The notes under the pieces: generated by a model
Databases searched by the model: none
Told to the model about the DNA's origin: nothing
What the model saw: only the letters and a program-made list of their open reading frames with translations
NCBI GenBank assembly: GCA_002269645.1
Contig: NIVC01003153.1
Coordinates: 52,346-116,345, forward strand
Origin: Macrostomum lignano
Lineage: Eukaryota
Length of the DNA stretch: 64,000 nucleotides
Reading direction: 5' to 3'
In this document: positions 22,601-31,272 of the stretch, piece after piece
Layout: every line of letters starts with the position of its first letter
How positions within the stretch are numbered: position 1 is the stretch's first letter
Translations under genes and position numbers: made by a program

Positions 22601-23410
22601 AAGTGACACAATATTGTTGCCATGGGACACAATATGGTTGTCAAGGGACACAATATTGTTGCCATGGTACACAATATGGTTGTCAAGGGACACAATATGG
22701 TTGCCATGGGACACAATATGGTTGTGTCACACAGTAAACCACAGTATGGTTGTGTCAAGGGACACAATATTGTTGTCATGGGACACAATATGGTTGTCAT
22801 GGGACACAATATGGTTGTCAAGTGACACAATATTGTTGCCATGGGACACAATATGGTTGTCAAGGGACACAATATGGTTGCCATGGGACACAATATGGTT
22901 GTTAAGGGACACACATCGGCAGTGAAAATTTCTAAACAACTTTCTGAATTTGCGGCAACTCACCTTATAATTATGGTTCTTGTGCTCCGAGTGCACAAAG
23001 CAATTGTTGCACATGACAGATGTTGGATCGGCCGTGCAATCACTGTAATGATTTATGCATAAACAAACTGTGGTCAAACATTAGCACGAAACGAAGCACA
23101 CTGGTTTTAAAACTCACTGGCAAGTGAAAACTGGCTCATTATTCTTTAAAATGTAGCCACAGATTCCAGGATTTTTATCCTGCGTCAGCTTCTCAAATTC
23201 CACGTCAGGCGTGGCGCTGGCGGTAATGAACTGCTCCAACGGAGAGAGGATCTGATTTCGAGCCAATACATCGAGAAATAGCAAATCTGGTCGTACTTTC
23301 GGCGCAAACACTTTTGGCCCGCTGTTAAAGAACAGTTGCTTAAGGCCTTCGCCTAGCTGGCCCGCTTGATAGTATGATTGTAGATTGCAATCCTGAAAGT
23401 TGCTGGACAT
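1..23410 (-). CDS. UBR1: E3 ubiquitin-protein ligase UBR1/UBR2-like (N-recognin), 11 exons in window, 3' end outside window
   Basis: Exons (minus): 23410-23118, 23042-22964, 21344-21165, 19922-19716, 19292-19028, 17460-17147, 5618-5017, 4211-3551, 2878-2065, 1628-1036, 113-1. All are GT..AG with matching phases (2,0,0,0,1,0,2,0,1,0). UBR box CGYILKNNEPVFTCHDCTADPTSVMCNNCFVHSEHKNHNYKMHLSSGNGGYCDCGDPEAF; ClpS-like VLYNDEVHSYPQV; AGLWKRNG; RING-H2 TCLLCQE..SSCGHAMH..YLCPLC. Confidence 0.95.
282..594 (-). mobile_element. tRNA-derived CORE-SINE in UBR intron 10
   Basis: A box TAGCCTAGTAGTTAGAGC (584-567), B box GGTTCGATTC (540-531). 510-448 resembles the MIR/CORE domain (TGTGTCCTTGAGCAAGAGACACTTAAC..CAGTT..CTGTAAAATGGG). 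AT-rich tail; 9-bp TSD ATCACGGTA at 273-281 and 595-603. Confidence 0.8.
1036..1628 (-). CDS. UBR1: UBR1/2-like exon 10 (RING-H2)
   Basis: GPNRT..TCLLCQE..SSCGHAMHRSC..YLCPLCQQLCN; CAG acceptor 1631-1629, donor GTATGC. Confidence 0.9.
1741..1978. repeat. 21-bp minisatellite (GAAATGTTGATAAAGGAGTGT) in UBR intron 9
   Basis: Tandem units visible directly. Confidence 0.9.
2065..2878 (-). CDS. UBR1: UBR1/2-like exon 9
   Basis: KGEFHLRE..FNPFYPRL..RRRQQQKLAQDRRDRLMAKMMRMQKNFL (conserved basic helix); donor GTGAGG. Confidence 0.9.
2945..3442. repeat. 23-bp dimeric (46-bp) minisatellite grading into a 22-bp unit, UBR intron 8
   Basis: GGGTACCCCTCAGGTGTTTAAGC alternates with GGTTACCCCTCAGGTATTTCAGC, then CGGTACCCTCAGATACTTCAGC. 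Confidence 0.9.
3551..4211 (-). CDS. UBR1: UBR1/2-like exon 8
   Basis: AQIAAGLWKRNG..MSLRDLHLVQ..EEMLRCLINVVCERRVPGVG..PQSHSKL..KLAEFR. Confidence 0.9.
4240..4911. repeat. 41-bp minisatellite, ~16 copies, UBR intron 7
   Basis: GCAGTGAGATTCTGAGATGGGAGATTTCCAACAGTTTTTGA at 41-bp period. Confidence 0.95.
5017..5618 (-). CDS. UBR1: UBR1/2-like exon 7
   Basis: AMYLITEQ..DIEYLL..ARRYIVGHIGFDFEWEMPF..VFISHFQPLV; donor GTGAGA. Confidence 0.9.
5661..5835 (+). repeat. 5' LTR (lacks the first 43 bp present in the 3' LTR)
   Basis: Matches 16283-16458; ends ..TTTTACA. Confidence 0.9.
5837..5851 (+). promoter_or_regulatory. Primer binding site, tRNA-Leu type
   Basis: TGGTGGCAGCGATGG 1 nt after the LTR; complementary to the eukaryotic tRNA-Leu 3' end (..CCACCGCUGCCACCA) with one mismatch. 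Confidence 0.75.
5848..6546 (+). CDS. gag: Gypsy gag, 5' part (frameshift near 6090; cut in the first zinc knuckle)
   Basis: PPKFSGQSNVHKWLSVFE..LKLLLHGKAQ, then in another frame TLEELVERATRLEQ..GCFRCGKE. Confidence 0.85.
6546..6783 (+). ncRNA. HDV-like self-cleaving ribozyme at the 5' end of the non-LTR element (predicted)
   Basis: P1 GCACGC 6546-51 / GCGTGT 6741-46 (G.U first pair); P2 CCCAG 6723-27 / CTGGG 6779-83; P3 GGG 6728-30 / CCC 6738-40; L3 TACTCGT; P1.1 AC/GT (6747-48); P4 hairpin 6749-74; J4/2 CAGA with catalytic-position C6775. Confidence 0.8.
7035..8564 (+). CDS. Non-LTR ORF1 protein (LOA-like; central domain reminiscent of DUF4780)
   Basis: 509-aa ORF ending 2 nt before the ORF2 ATG; low-complexity basic N-terminus; central globular domain (..GCILLWCKSEES..RIWVP..). 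Confidence 0.8.
   Translation: MATNATISKETDPVASGSPGSAAPVATTGSTNAQPGPTGPADAAADHPGRQSSRPRTAESRRQRNIRRNRKRQEKRAAAASEEGGQAAVRPSGATAAGRPSGESGGAAGPSGTAVSSGSQGGNPAGLPPSKDKAAPLKTSESYASKVKQPLQPTVMILGGDFDLTPEQLDVAWRTIDEGLLNLTLEGVFVDIVKSTKANGCILLWCKSEESTQLLRDQLPKFDWHSDLGQLTFALESERPKTIRHRIWVPADSAIKSGEQLRQLLLKRHPDLDASGLVYHSTVRKGTTGATVILGLTEGWAKRLPHGTNLHLGLHQLTILRCEEGKVETKKDGKRAAPGAGAHAPPAKRQQQPDPEPNKAIRAAESASRGRRPARSSRRSGLIQRALDEAQSLRLHLEQTRAARKNTESQPRELDDGTAQPSNWWDYHQEDAAGRAQTPDGGAQGEGSSRTPVAGEEGGVARLGDSPAVGAVSASAAAGEAAEPEPMEIGDSTLTDEAENELLFSSPGQ
8567..12269 (+). CDS. pol: Non-LTR ORF2: AP endonuclease-reverse transcriptase-RNase H (frameshifts near 10812 and 11090)
   Basis: LQVNLQHS, LIQEPW, GDINAHH, SDH (APE); KSPGPDG, FRPISLTS, GSPQGGVLSPVLW, GYADD (RT); FTDGS, NEVLAI, HSDSQAAL, WIPGHAGFKGNELAD (RNase H); CPFC..HFVCYC. 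Confidence 0.92.
12380..12516 (+). CDS. gag: Gypsy gag, 3' part (rest of knuckle 1 and knuckle 2)
   Basis: GKEGHIARRC completes CFRCGKEGHIARRC; second knuckle CFNCSGWGHSAAVC; TGA 12514-16. Confidence 0.9.
12504..12546 (+). promoter_or_regulatory. -1 programmed ribosomal frameshift signal (gag-pol)
   Basis: G GGA AAC heptamer in the gag frame at 12504-10, 6-nt spacer, stem GGGTTGG 12517-23 / CCAACCC 12540-46; pol is in the -1 frame. Confidence 0.8.
12505..16174 (+). CDS. pol: Gypsy pol: protease, RT, RNase H, integrase (frameshift near 15168)
   Basis: FLLDTGA; LVYVDD; SCDASAFAVG; H..GH..C..C; QIDIKGP; HSDQGRQFES; GNGLVERGN; WTGPYIIL. Confidence 0.95.
16240..16458 (+). repeat. 3' LTR (219 bp, TG...CA)
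   Basis: Follows the purine tract GGGGGGAAG; matches the 5' LTR from 16283. Confidence 0.9.
16466..16956. repeat. (ACTA/ACTG)n microsatellite
   Basis: Direct. Confidence 0.95.
17147..17460 (-). CDS. UBR1: UBR1/2-like exon 6
   Basis: (S)DGLHELFCQ..DHLWKAAR..LSVQLFTSPSL. Confidence 0.9.
17496..19020. repeat. 24-bp minisatellite (ATGTACAATGCACTGACCAGAATC), UBR intron 5
   Basis: Direct; periodic 25-bp variant units toward the right end. Confidence 0.95.
19028..19292 (-). CDS. UBR1: UBR1/2-like exon 5 (ClpS-like domain)
   Basis: VINTLTQCLG..ANHFATVVDNDGRSVV. Confidence 0.9.
19385..19672. repeat. 33-bp minisatellite, UBR intron 4
   Basis: CTAAATTTCTGATGCCATTTGTCACATTGACCC period 33. Confidence 0.95.
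19716..19922 (-). CDS. UBR1: UBR1/2-like exon 4
   Basis: ..YASVLYNDEVHSYPQ; donor GTAAGA. Confidence 0.9.
20155..21140. repeat. 22-bp minisatellite (TTAGGATCCCCAATCCCATTCT) followed by a related ~40-bp repeat, UBR intron 3
   Basis: Direct. Confidence 0.9.
21165..21344 (-). CDS. UBR1: UBR1/2-like exon 3 (UBR box C-terminal half)
   Basis: MHLSSGNGGYCDCGDPEAFKRYHRCSLH. Confidence 0.92.
21657..22912. repeat. 21-bp minisatellite (GGGACACAATATGGTTGTCAA/GCCAT), UBR intron 2
   Basis: Direct; identical interruption at 22381 and 22726. Confidence 0.95.
22964..23042 (-). CDS. UBR1: UBR1/2-like exon 2 (UBR box)
   Basis: DCTADPTSVMCNNCFVHSEHKNHNYK; donor GTGAGT. Confidence 0.92.
23118..23410 (-). CDS. 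UBR1: UBR1/2-like exon 1 (first coding exon; ATG at 23410 assumed)
   Basis: MSSNFQ..NPGICGYILKNNEPVFTC; donor GTGAGT 23117-12. Confidence 0.8.
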
Positions 23411-23447
23411 AGTCAATCCTTGATAGCAGGGACCCCAGTGAGTGTCG

Positions 23448-23882
23448 GATCCCAGTGATGGACCAGACTGAGGGTGCTGGATGGATCCCAGTGATGGACC
23501 AGACTGAGGGTGCTGAATGGATCCCAATGATGGACCAGACTGAGGGTGCTGAATGGATCCCAGTGATGGACCAGACTGATGGTGCTGAATGGATCCCAGT
23601 GATGGACCAGACTGAGGGTGCTGAATGGATCCCAGTGATGGACCAGACTGAGGGTGCTGAATGGATCCCAGTGATGGACCAGACTGAGGGTGCTGAATGG
23701 ATCCCAGTGATGGACCAGACTGAGGGTGCTGAATGGATCCCAGTGATGGACCAGACTGAGGGTGCTGAATGGATCCCAGTGATGGACCAGACTGAGGGTG
23801 CTGAATGGATCCCAATGATGGACCAGACTGAGGGTGCTGAATGGATCCCAGTGATGGACCAGACTAAGCATTGGATCCCAGT
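23448..23882. repeat. 36-bp minisatellite, ~12 copies, just upstream of the UBR ATG
   Basis: GGATCCCAGTGATGGACCAGACTGAGGGTGCTGAAT. Confidence 0.95.
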
Positions 23883-26186
23883 GAAATAATACATAGTTTA
23901 ATGACTTTCAATTAAAGTGAACATAAAACAGTTGTAGAGAATTCTATTAATATATCATTCTTAGAAATACATTAAATTGATAACAAAATATATTTATTAT
24001 TAATATTTCTAATAAATAAATTTAAAAGACTAATGAGTACTTAGATTGACAATCTAGTAAATTGCCATGCTGTAGGACTATTGACTAACTACATAATAGC
24101 TTGCAGAAAATTGGGGTATTCAATGACTCAATCTACAAGATCTTGACTAAAGACTTTAACCTATAAGGTCCATACAAAGTAGGTTGCAATTTTTCTTACT
24201 AATGACTAATAGAATTTCTAGGTTGCCATGTGTACCTCCAACTTGTAGCAATATTAGTAGGAAGTTAAACTAAAGTGGCAAAATTATATATGGAGATAGT
24301 TTGGTTCTATTTGATCCTAGAAGGCTATCAGATCTATTGAGCAACCAAAAATCATGTATATGATATATTTTAACTACCATAGCCTACTATTTAACTAGCC
24401 AGTGCAAGCAAAACAGTCAATGGTAATATTTTGTTTATATCTATTGATACTAAAAAAGTCTTAACAATTAAGCTTTGAAAATATCTGGGGGATGCTTGCT
24501 ATCTGTAGGATGCTTGCTATTTAGGTGATGCTTCAATAATATTTGGGGGATACTTGCTATTTGCAGATATATACTATCTGGGGTTATGCTTAGTATCTAG
24601 GTGGATACTTACTACAAGCATTAGGAGGTGCTTGCTATATGTGGTTGCTTACTTTTGGAAGGGGTACTTGCTATCTGGGGGGATGCTTGCTGTCTTGGAA
24701 ATATTTTCTAGTTAGGTGAAATGTCAGCTATCTTTGTGAAAGCTGTATTTTGTTGTCTGTTTGTTAATTCTAGAAAAAAATAGATCATTTACATGTATTG
24801 CTTTCATTTATATGATTGTAAACTGAAGCTGAGAGGGGGGGGGGGTAGCATGCAGGGAATAGAGTGTCAATGTGACTACATATCTTTGACACCCCTTCAA
24901 CTTCAATATATATCATTTAAATGAAAGCAATATATGTAAATGATTGTGAACCAAAGCTAGCATATATATTTATTAAGATAGTGATCAATTTCAGATAATG
25001 CTTGTAGAATACCAAAACCCCTGTTATATACACACTAGCTTTGGTTCACAATCATTTGCATGTATTGCTTCGCCTTCTATTTAAATGATTGCAAACCAAA
25101 GTAGATATATAAGCTCAGTTTAACAATTTTATGTTTATTTCAAGCATACAATGATCACTTAAAAAATACATGGATTGTAAACCAAAATGTGGGTGGAAAA
25201 ATGATTGTAAACCAAAGGAATGCCAAAATGTTTGCCATTTAGAGACTAATATTAATAATAGGACCTATATGTTTTAAATAAAAAAGATAGACCTACCAAA
25301 GAATAGGCTTAAAATTTACAAAGTTTTATATTTTTTATTTCTATCATCTAAGGTTATTAGAAAATATTTAGGCCTAATACTTTTCATATAACCCTTGTAA
25401 TTATATATTTTATCATTTTAAGATAAGGTAAGCCAAGGATATTTATTAGAAAATATAAAACTTTTCATTAAGGGTTTAAAGATACCCTAGAATCATCATT
25501 TGGTTTTTAGATAAAATCATTAATAACTTTTTTCTACTTGTGCAATAAACTAAAGCGACCATTAATTGGAAAGAAAAAATGTTTTGAACAACTTTGGGGC
25601 AGTTTTATTTCATTACATTACATATAAAACTTTTTTTGCTTTCTATGCGAGAATGTCAAAAAATGACACTTTCATATTTGGTTGATGATATCTTACCCTA
25701 ACTTTAATAATTATAAGTGATTATAAAAGACCATAATGATAAGGGTTATATGAAAAGTTAATATTTTTCTAATAACCTTAAAAATGATAAAATAGAGCAA
25801 AAAATAATGTCTATACTCCCAGTACTAGAACCAGTACCAAAAAATAAAATACAAAATACAAGTAAAAAACGAAAAATAACCTAGAAAAATGTCTAAAATA
25901 GTAAAAAATCAACTCTAGCAATTATTACAAGTGTTACCACAACGTTCAACATTTTTCGTTTCAGCGAATTACATTATAGCATAACTTAATGCCTATTAAA
26001 ATGCCTATTTAAAAACTAAAAGTAAAACACGGAAATTGAACATTCTAGCTAAAAAAACCTTAAAACAAATATATATATAACTAAAAAACCTATCAACAAT
26101 TGTTGGTGATGCCATAGATACAATATAAATATACCAAAAAACTGTACATGTAATATGTTCAATTCTTGTAAATTTTTACACAAAAA

Positions 26187-26970
26187 TTACTTTAGTGTAC
26201 TTCAACAGGAACCATTGTGAGTACGAAGCTAAAAATCTGAGATCTGGAAGGAAACATTATCAATCTAGAAGCCTACAAGACGCCAAGGCTCCATCTGTTC
26301 CCTACTCAAACTTACAGACTCCCAAGTCCCCCTTGCTCTGTACACTCAGCTGCATAAAGTACTTTAGTGTACTTCGGCAGGAACCATTGTGAGTACGAAG
26401 CTGAAAACTGAGATCTGGAAGGAAACATTATCAATCTAGAAGCCTACAAGACGCCAAGGCTCCATCTGTTCCCTACTCGAACTTACAGACTCCCAAGTCC
26501 CCCCTGCTCAGTACATTAATATGCATAAAGTACTTTAGTGTACTTCGGCAGGAACCATTGTGAGTACGAAGCTGAAAACTGAGATCTGGAAGGAAACATT
26601 ATCAATCTAGAAGCCTACAAGACGCCAAGGCTCCATCTGTTCCCTACTCGAACTTACAGACTCCCAAGTCCCCCCTGCTCAGTACATTAATATGCATAAG
26701 TACTTTAGTGTACTTCGACAGGAACCATTGTGAGTACGAAGCTGAAAACTGAGATCTGGAAGGAAACATTATCAATCTAGAAGCCTACAAGACGCCAAGG
26801 CTCTATCTGTTCCCTACTCGAACTTACAGACTCCCAAGTCCCCCCTGCTCAGTACATTAATATGCAGAAAGTACTTTAGTGTACTTCGGCAGGAACCATT
26901 GTGAGTACGAAGCTGAAAACTGAGATCTGGAAGGAAACATTATCAATCTAAAAGCCTACAAGACGCCAAG
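26187..26970. repeat. ~171-bp tandem repeat, ~4.6 copies
   Basis: TACTTTAGTGTAC recurs at 26188, 26360, 26531, 26701, 26872. Confidence 0.92.
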
Positions 26971-27306
26971 CGCAAGCTCTGCTTCACTTCTGTTGATGAG
27001 GCCGTTAATTTGATGCAGCCGGGCTGGTTCATGGCGAAGGTTGACATCACGTCCGTCTACGGTGCTGTGCCCATTTCTCCGCAGTGCTACCAAGCCACCG
27101 GGATTCACTGGGTCTTCGGTGACTGGCGCTCGGCTCACTTAGTGAACACGCGGCTACCATTCGGCAGTTGTACCTCTGTCATAATCTTCCACCGTCTCAC
27201 TCAAGCAGTTCGGCGTATGATATGCCGCAAAGGCTTCCTGGCCACCATTGTCTTCATAGATGATTTTCTTGTTATGGCGAGGACAGAAGCTGAGTGCAAC
27301 CGAGCC
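26971..27306 (+). pseudogene. Reverse transcriptase fragment of a DIRS/Ngaro-type (tyrosine recombinase) retrotransposon
   Basis: FTSVDEAVNLMQPGWFMAKVDITSVYGAVPI..TRLPFGS..IFHRLTQAVRRM..VFIDDFLV..EC; degenerate motifs, no flanking domains. Confidence 0.75.
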
Positions 27307-28873
27307 TCTGCCTCTGTGCTGGGTGGGGGTGTGGGTGCGGTGTGTTGTGTGCGTGGTGTGGGGTGGTGGGGGTTGGGGTCGCGTTGGCCCTTTTATTCGC
27401 GTACTCTGTCCCTCAGCGTTGGCATGCTTATACTATAGTATAGACATAAAAAATATAGGGCCTAAGCCAAGCCAACCAGAGCCAGAGTTTAATACAATTA
27501 AACTAGACTGGAGTTACAGGATTTAAAGAATTTGTAAAATAATACAAACAAAATTGAATTCTATAAAATATAGCTTTGTATTTGTAAAGATAATGTAAAT
27601 AACTCGTTTCTACTTGGTTTGGACCCGTCACCAGACAGACAGACCTACAATCAAATAAAACACAATAAACTTCTTTATTTAGGCACATAGCAATATGCGT
27701 CATGATTGCGACTTCAGTCAATGATATTAAGACTTAAGAGCTACAAATAAAGTTTCAGAATAAACGAGTCGAATGAACTCAAGGGTCCATCCATCATTGT
27801 GTCCGAAATGTAACATTTGAGAATATTCATTTTTGTGGGTAAAAGAAGAACAACTGATGGCAGCAATGTTGAGCACACTGCCTTAAGTAAAAGTTAAAAA
27901 CATTTTGAAATCCTTGTAAAAGCATGATTAAAAGAGCCGTAAAACGAGTAAATTTGTTTTTTCTGATATATTCTTTGTTTTGACTTAACATAAACGTTAA
28001 ATCTGAGAGTTCTAATTCAATTTCTAAGTTTTTCTACGAAACACAAACATAACATGAAAATAATTGCTTTTTCATTCCATTCATTCCATTCCATTCCATT
28101 CAGTTCCATTTCATTCCATTCAGTGTGTGTGTGTATATGTTTCTTTTGAGCAAGAGTCAACTTAAAACAATTTTACGTTAAGTTACAAGCTACAAACCTT
28201 AATTGTACTTTTTTTTTCAATCTCGACAGCTTGTAGTGTCTTTGATCCTCAATTACAGATTAACACTTTAATTGTAGCTCGGTACCTACCATAAACGAAG
28301 CTTGATAGTTTTTAAACGTCTCTTGGCACAGAACATTTGTACTTATATTTTTTAAAATTTTATACGTCGCTCGTAGCTTAGCTTAGATTAATATGCAGTT
28401 CTCTCCAAATTATTTCTTACTCTATTTTAAAAAATCAGTTTTTTAATGAAAGAAAAACCTAACGATCCATTTGTAGCATTTTATTCGCCAGTAAAAAAAT
28501 CTAGTACGTATGAAAATTTTAATTTTTGAAAAGTAAGGTCTCAAAGCACCTAAAAAATTAACTGGTCACATAAGTAAGTCAAAATAGTTCTAATTTACTA
28601 TAGCTGACTTTTTAAGTTTCTAAAAGAGTTAAATTTTATTTTTTTTTAATGTTAGTGATTTTAACATAAGGTGCGTCCTTATATTTTTTTAAAAAAGATG
28701 CTTTAAAAATTTGTTTTATTTATTACTTTTATAACACAAATTACAAGAGGTTTTTGAGGCAAAAAATATAGGAATCATTACTTCACAAAGCTACATATTT
28801 CAATGTGTAAAAGTGTTCATAAGAACCGTAAATAAAAAATCAATCAAAGCCATTCCAGCAAACTGTGAACAAA

Positions 28874-29653
28874 ATGTCGTCAGAAGAAGCCAATGTCGGA
28901 GGCGCAGCCGAAAGCGCCGAAGCCGAACAGAGCGGCTACGAGTCGGTGCTCTGCGTGAAGCCCGATGTGAAAGTTTTCCGCCTACCGCCTCGCCAGTCGA
29001 ATCGGGCCGTACGCGCGGCCGACTGGCAGCTGGAGTCGCCCGATTGGTCCGGCCGGCTGCGCGTGGTGGCCAACGGCAGCCAGCTGTGGGTGCGGCTGGA
29101 GGACAAGACTAGCGGAGTCCTGTTCGCCCGCTGTCCGGTGGACGCGCATCCCGGCCTGGCCATCGAGCCCGTGGCCGACTCCAGTCGCTATTTCGTTCTG
29201 CGCATCCGCGATGACTCCGGCCGGAGCGCCTTCGTTGGCATCGGATTCGACGATCGGAGCGACGCCTTCGACTTCAACGTGGCCGTGCAGGATCACTTCA
29301 AGTGGCTGCGGCAGGAGGAGGAGGCGCGCCAGGCCGCCAAGGAGATGGAGGCCGGGCCGAAGCTGGACCTCGGCTTCAAGGAGGGCCAGACCATCAAGAT
29401 CAACATCAACACTCGCCGGACTGCCGACTCGTCGACGGCCAGCGGTGGCGCCAGTGAAGCTTTGACCAAGTCGCCGAGGCGGGAAAGACAGGTGGGGGTG
29501 GCTGGTGGGGCTGGCGGCCTCGGACTGCTGCCTCCGCCGCCCAGCAGCGGGCGGAACACCCATTCCAGGGGCGGAAGCGGGGGCGGAAGCGGGGGCGGAA
29601 GCGAAGGCGGCGCTGGGAGCAACCTGCCCGATTTGCTGGACAGCCTGGGCTGA
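28874..29653 (+). CDS. NECAP1: Adaptin ear-binding coat-associated protein (NECAP1/2-like), single exon
   Basis: PHear domain [60 protein letters not shown]; [16 protein letters not shown]; GLLPPPP. Confidence 0.92.
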   Translation: MSSEEANVGGAAESAEAEQSGYESVLCVKPDVKVFRLPPRQSNRAVRAADWQLESPDWSGRLRVVANGSQLWVRLEDKTSGVLFARCPVDAHPGLAIEPVADSSRYFVLRIRDDSGRSAFVGIGFDDRSDAFDFNVAVQDHFKWLRQEEEARQAAKEMEAGPKLDLGFKEGQTIKININTRRTADSSTASGGASEALTKSPRRERQVGVAGGAGGLGLLPPPPSSGRNTHSRGGSGGGSGGGSEGGAGSNLPDLLDSLG

Positions 29654-29842
29654 TCAGCCGTGCATCGCAAACTTCTTGCCACTTGCAATTTTTCATGAAA
29701 TTCCCAACTATTTCTTGTAGAATGCAGGTAAGCCCTGCAGAAGTGTATCCATAGATATTCACTTGTGGATTTCAGCTGAATTTAAGCCTTTTTCCGCTCA
29801 TCAGCCTCTCTCTCAGTGTTTGTCTAAGTGTTTGTATTTTGT

Positions 29843-30326
<484 letters not shown>

Positions 30327-31156
30327 GATGCTTTTTAGGGCCCCGTTTTGAACTGGTACAAACGGTCCAACAGAAAATCAAATTTTGGCACGTTCCCTCA
30401 AATTTCATTGCAAGATTTGTCTCCTAATTATGCTGTCATGTTTATTGACTTGCAGTTATTCCCATTCTCATAATTAACCAGCTTTAAGAAATGGCGATTC
30501 TACCTCTACTTCCGCACTATGACCATATATCTTCGTTTAAATTCAATTCGCTTTGTTTCTAGTCGCTCGGTCTCCACACAAAATTAGCTTTTAGAATGTT
30601 TTTAACTCTACTTTCAGTAGTTTTAGTGAAAGTAGAGCGATTTCTGTTCTATTTTAAATTTGTATTCAATTTACGACACGTATCAAAAGAAACTTTATTA
30701 TCATAGAAAATTTTTACTTTTGTAAAATATTTTAGCTACGGGTATGTCAGTCGATATTATTCCGCCAGTACATTTCAGCAAAATTTGATTGCAGTCAGTC
30801 TTGTAGTCCGTTTATCAATTTTTTTAGCAATTATGCACACGCGTACTTAGCATTAATTTTTGTTTTGCATCTACATTCACAAATCATTTTTAGCTCGAAT
30901 TATGTTATCATTCACAAAGTGAAAACACTTTTACGCATAATAATTCATAAAATACATCAAGACGGCTGCGTATGCTTTTACCCATCTCGCAATTGTTTTT
31001 AATGAAGAAACTCTTTCTCTTGTCATGACTTTCTTCATTCATTCGAAACTGCAGAATCATAAATAAGCAGACTGTCAGAGATTTAATTTAGACTGCTGAG
31101 AAAAGTAGACTAAATGACGAATAAAGCCTTATATCATAAAGACTCTAAAACAGAAA

Positions 31157-31183
31157 GACAGACAGACAGACAGACAGACACTA

Positions 31184-31230
<47 letters not shown>

Positions 31231-31272
31231 TAGACAGGCAGGCGTTCAAGCAAGCAGGCAGGCAGGCAGGCA
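31157..31272. repeat. (GACA)n/(GGCA)n microsatellite
   Basis: Direct. Confidence 0.9.

Noticed and set aside
26187-26970. 171-bp unit equals primate alpha-satellite length
   Set aside because: No recognisable alpha-satellite or CENP-B-box sequence; the length match is treated as coincidence.
28074-28122. Short (CATTC)n run like human satellite III
   Set aside because: Only ~10 units; an ordinary microsatellite.
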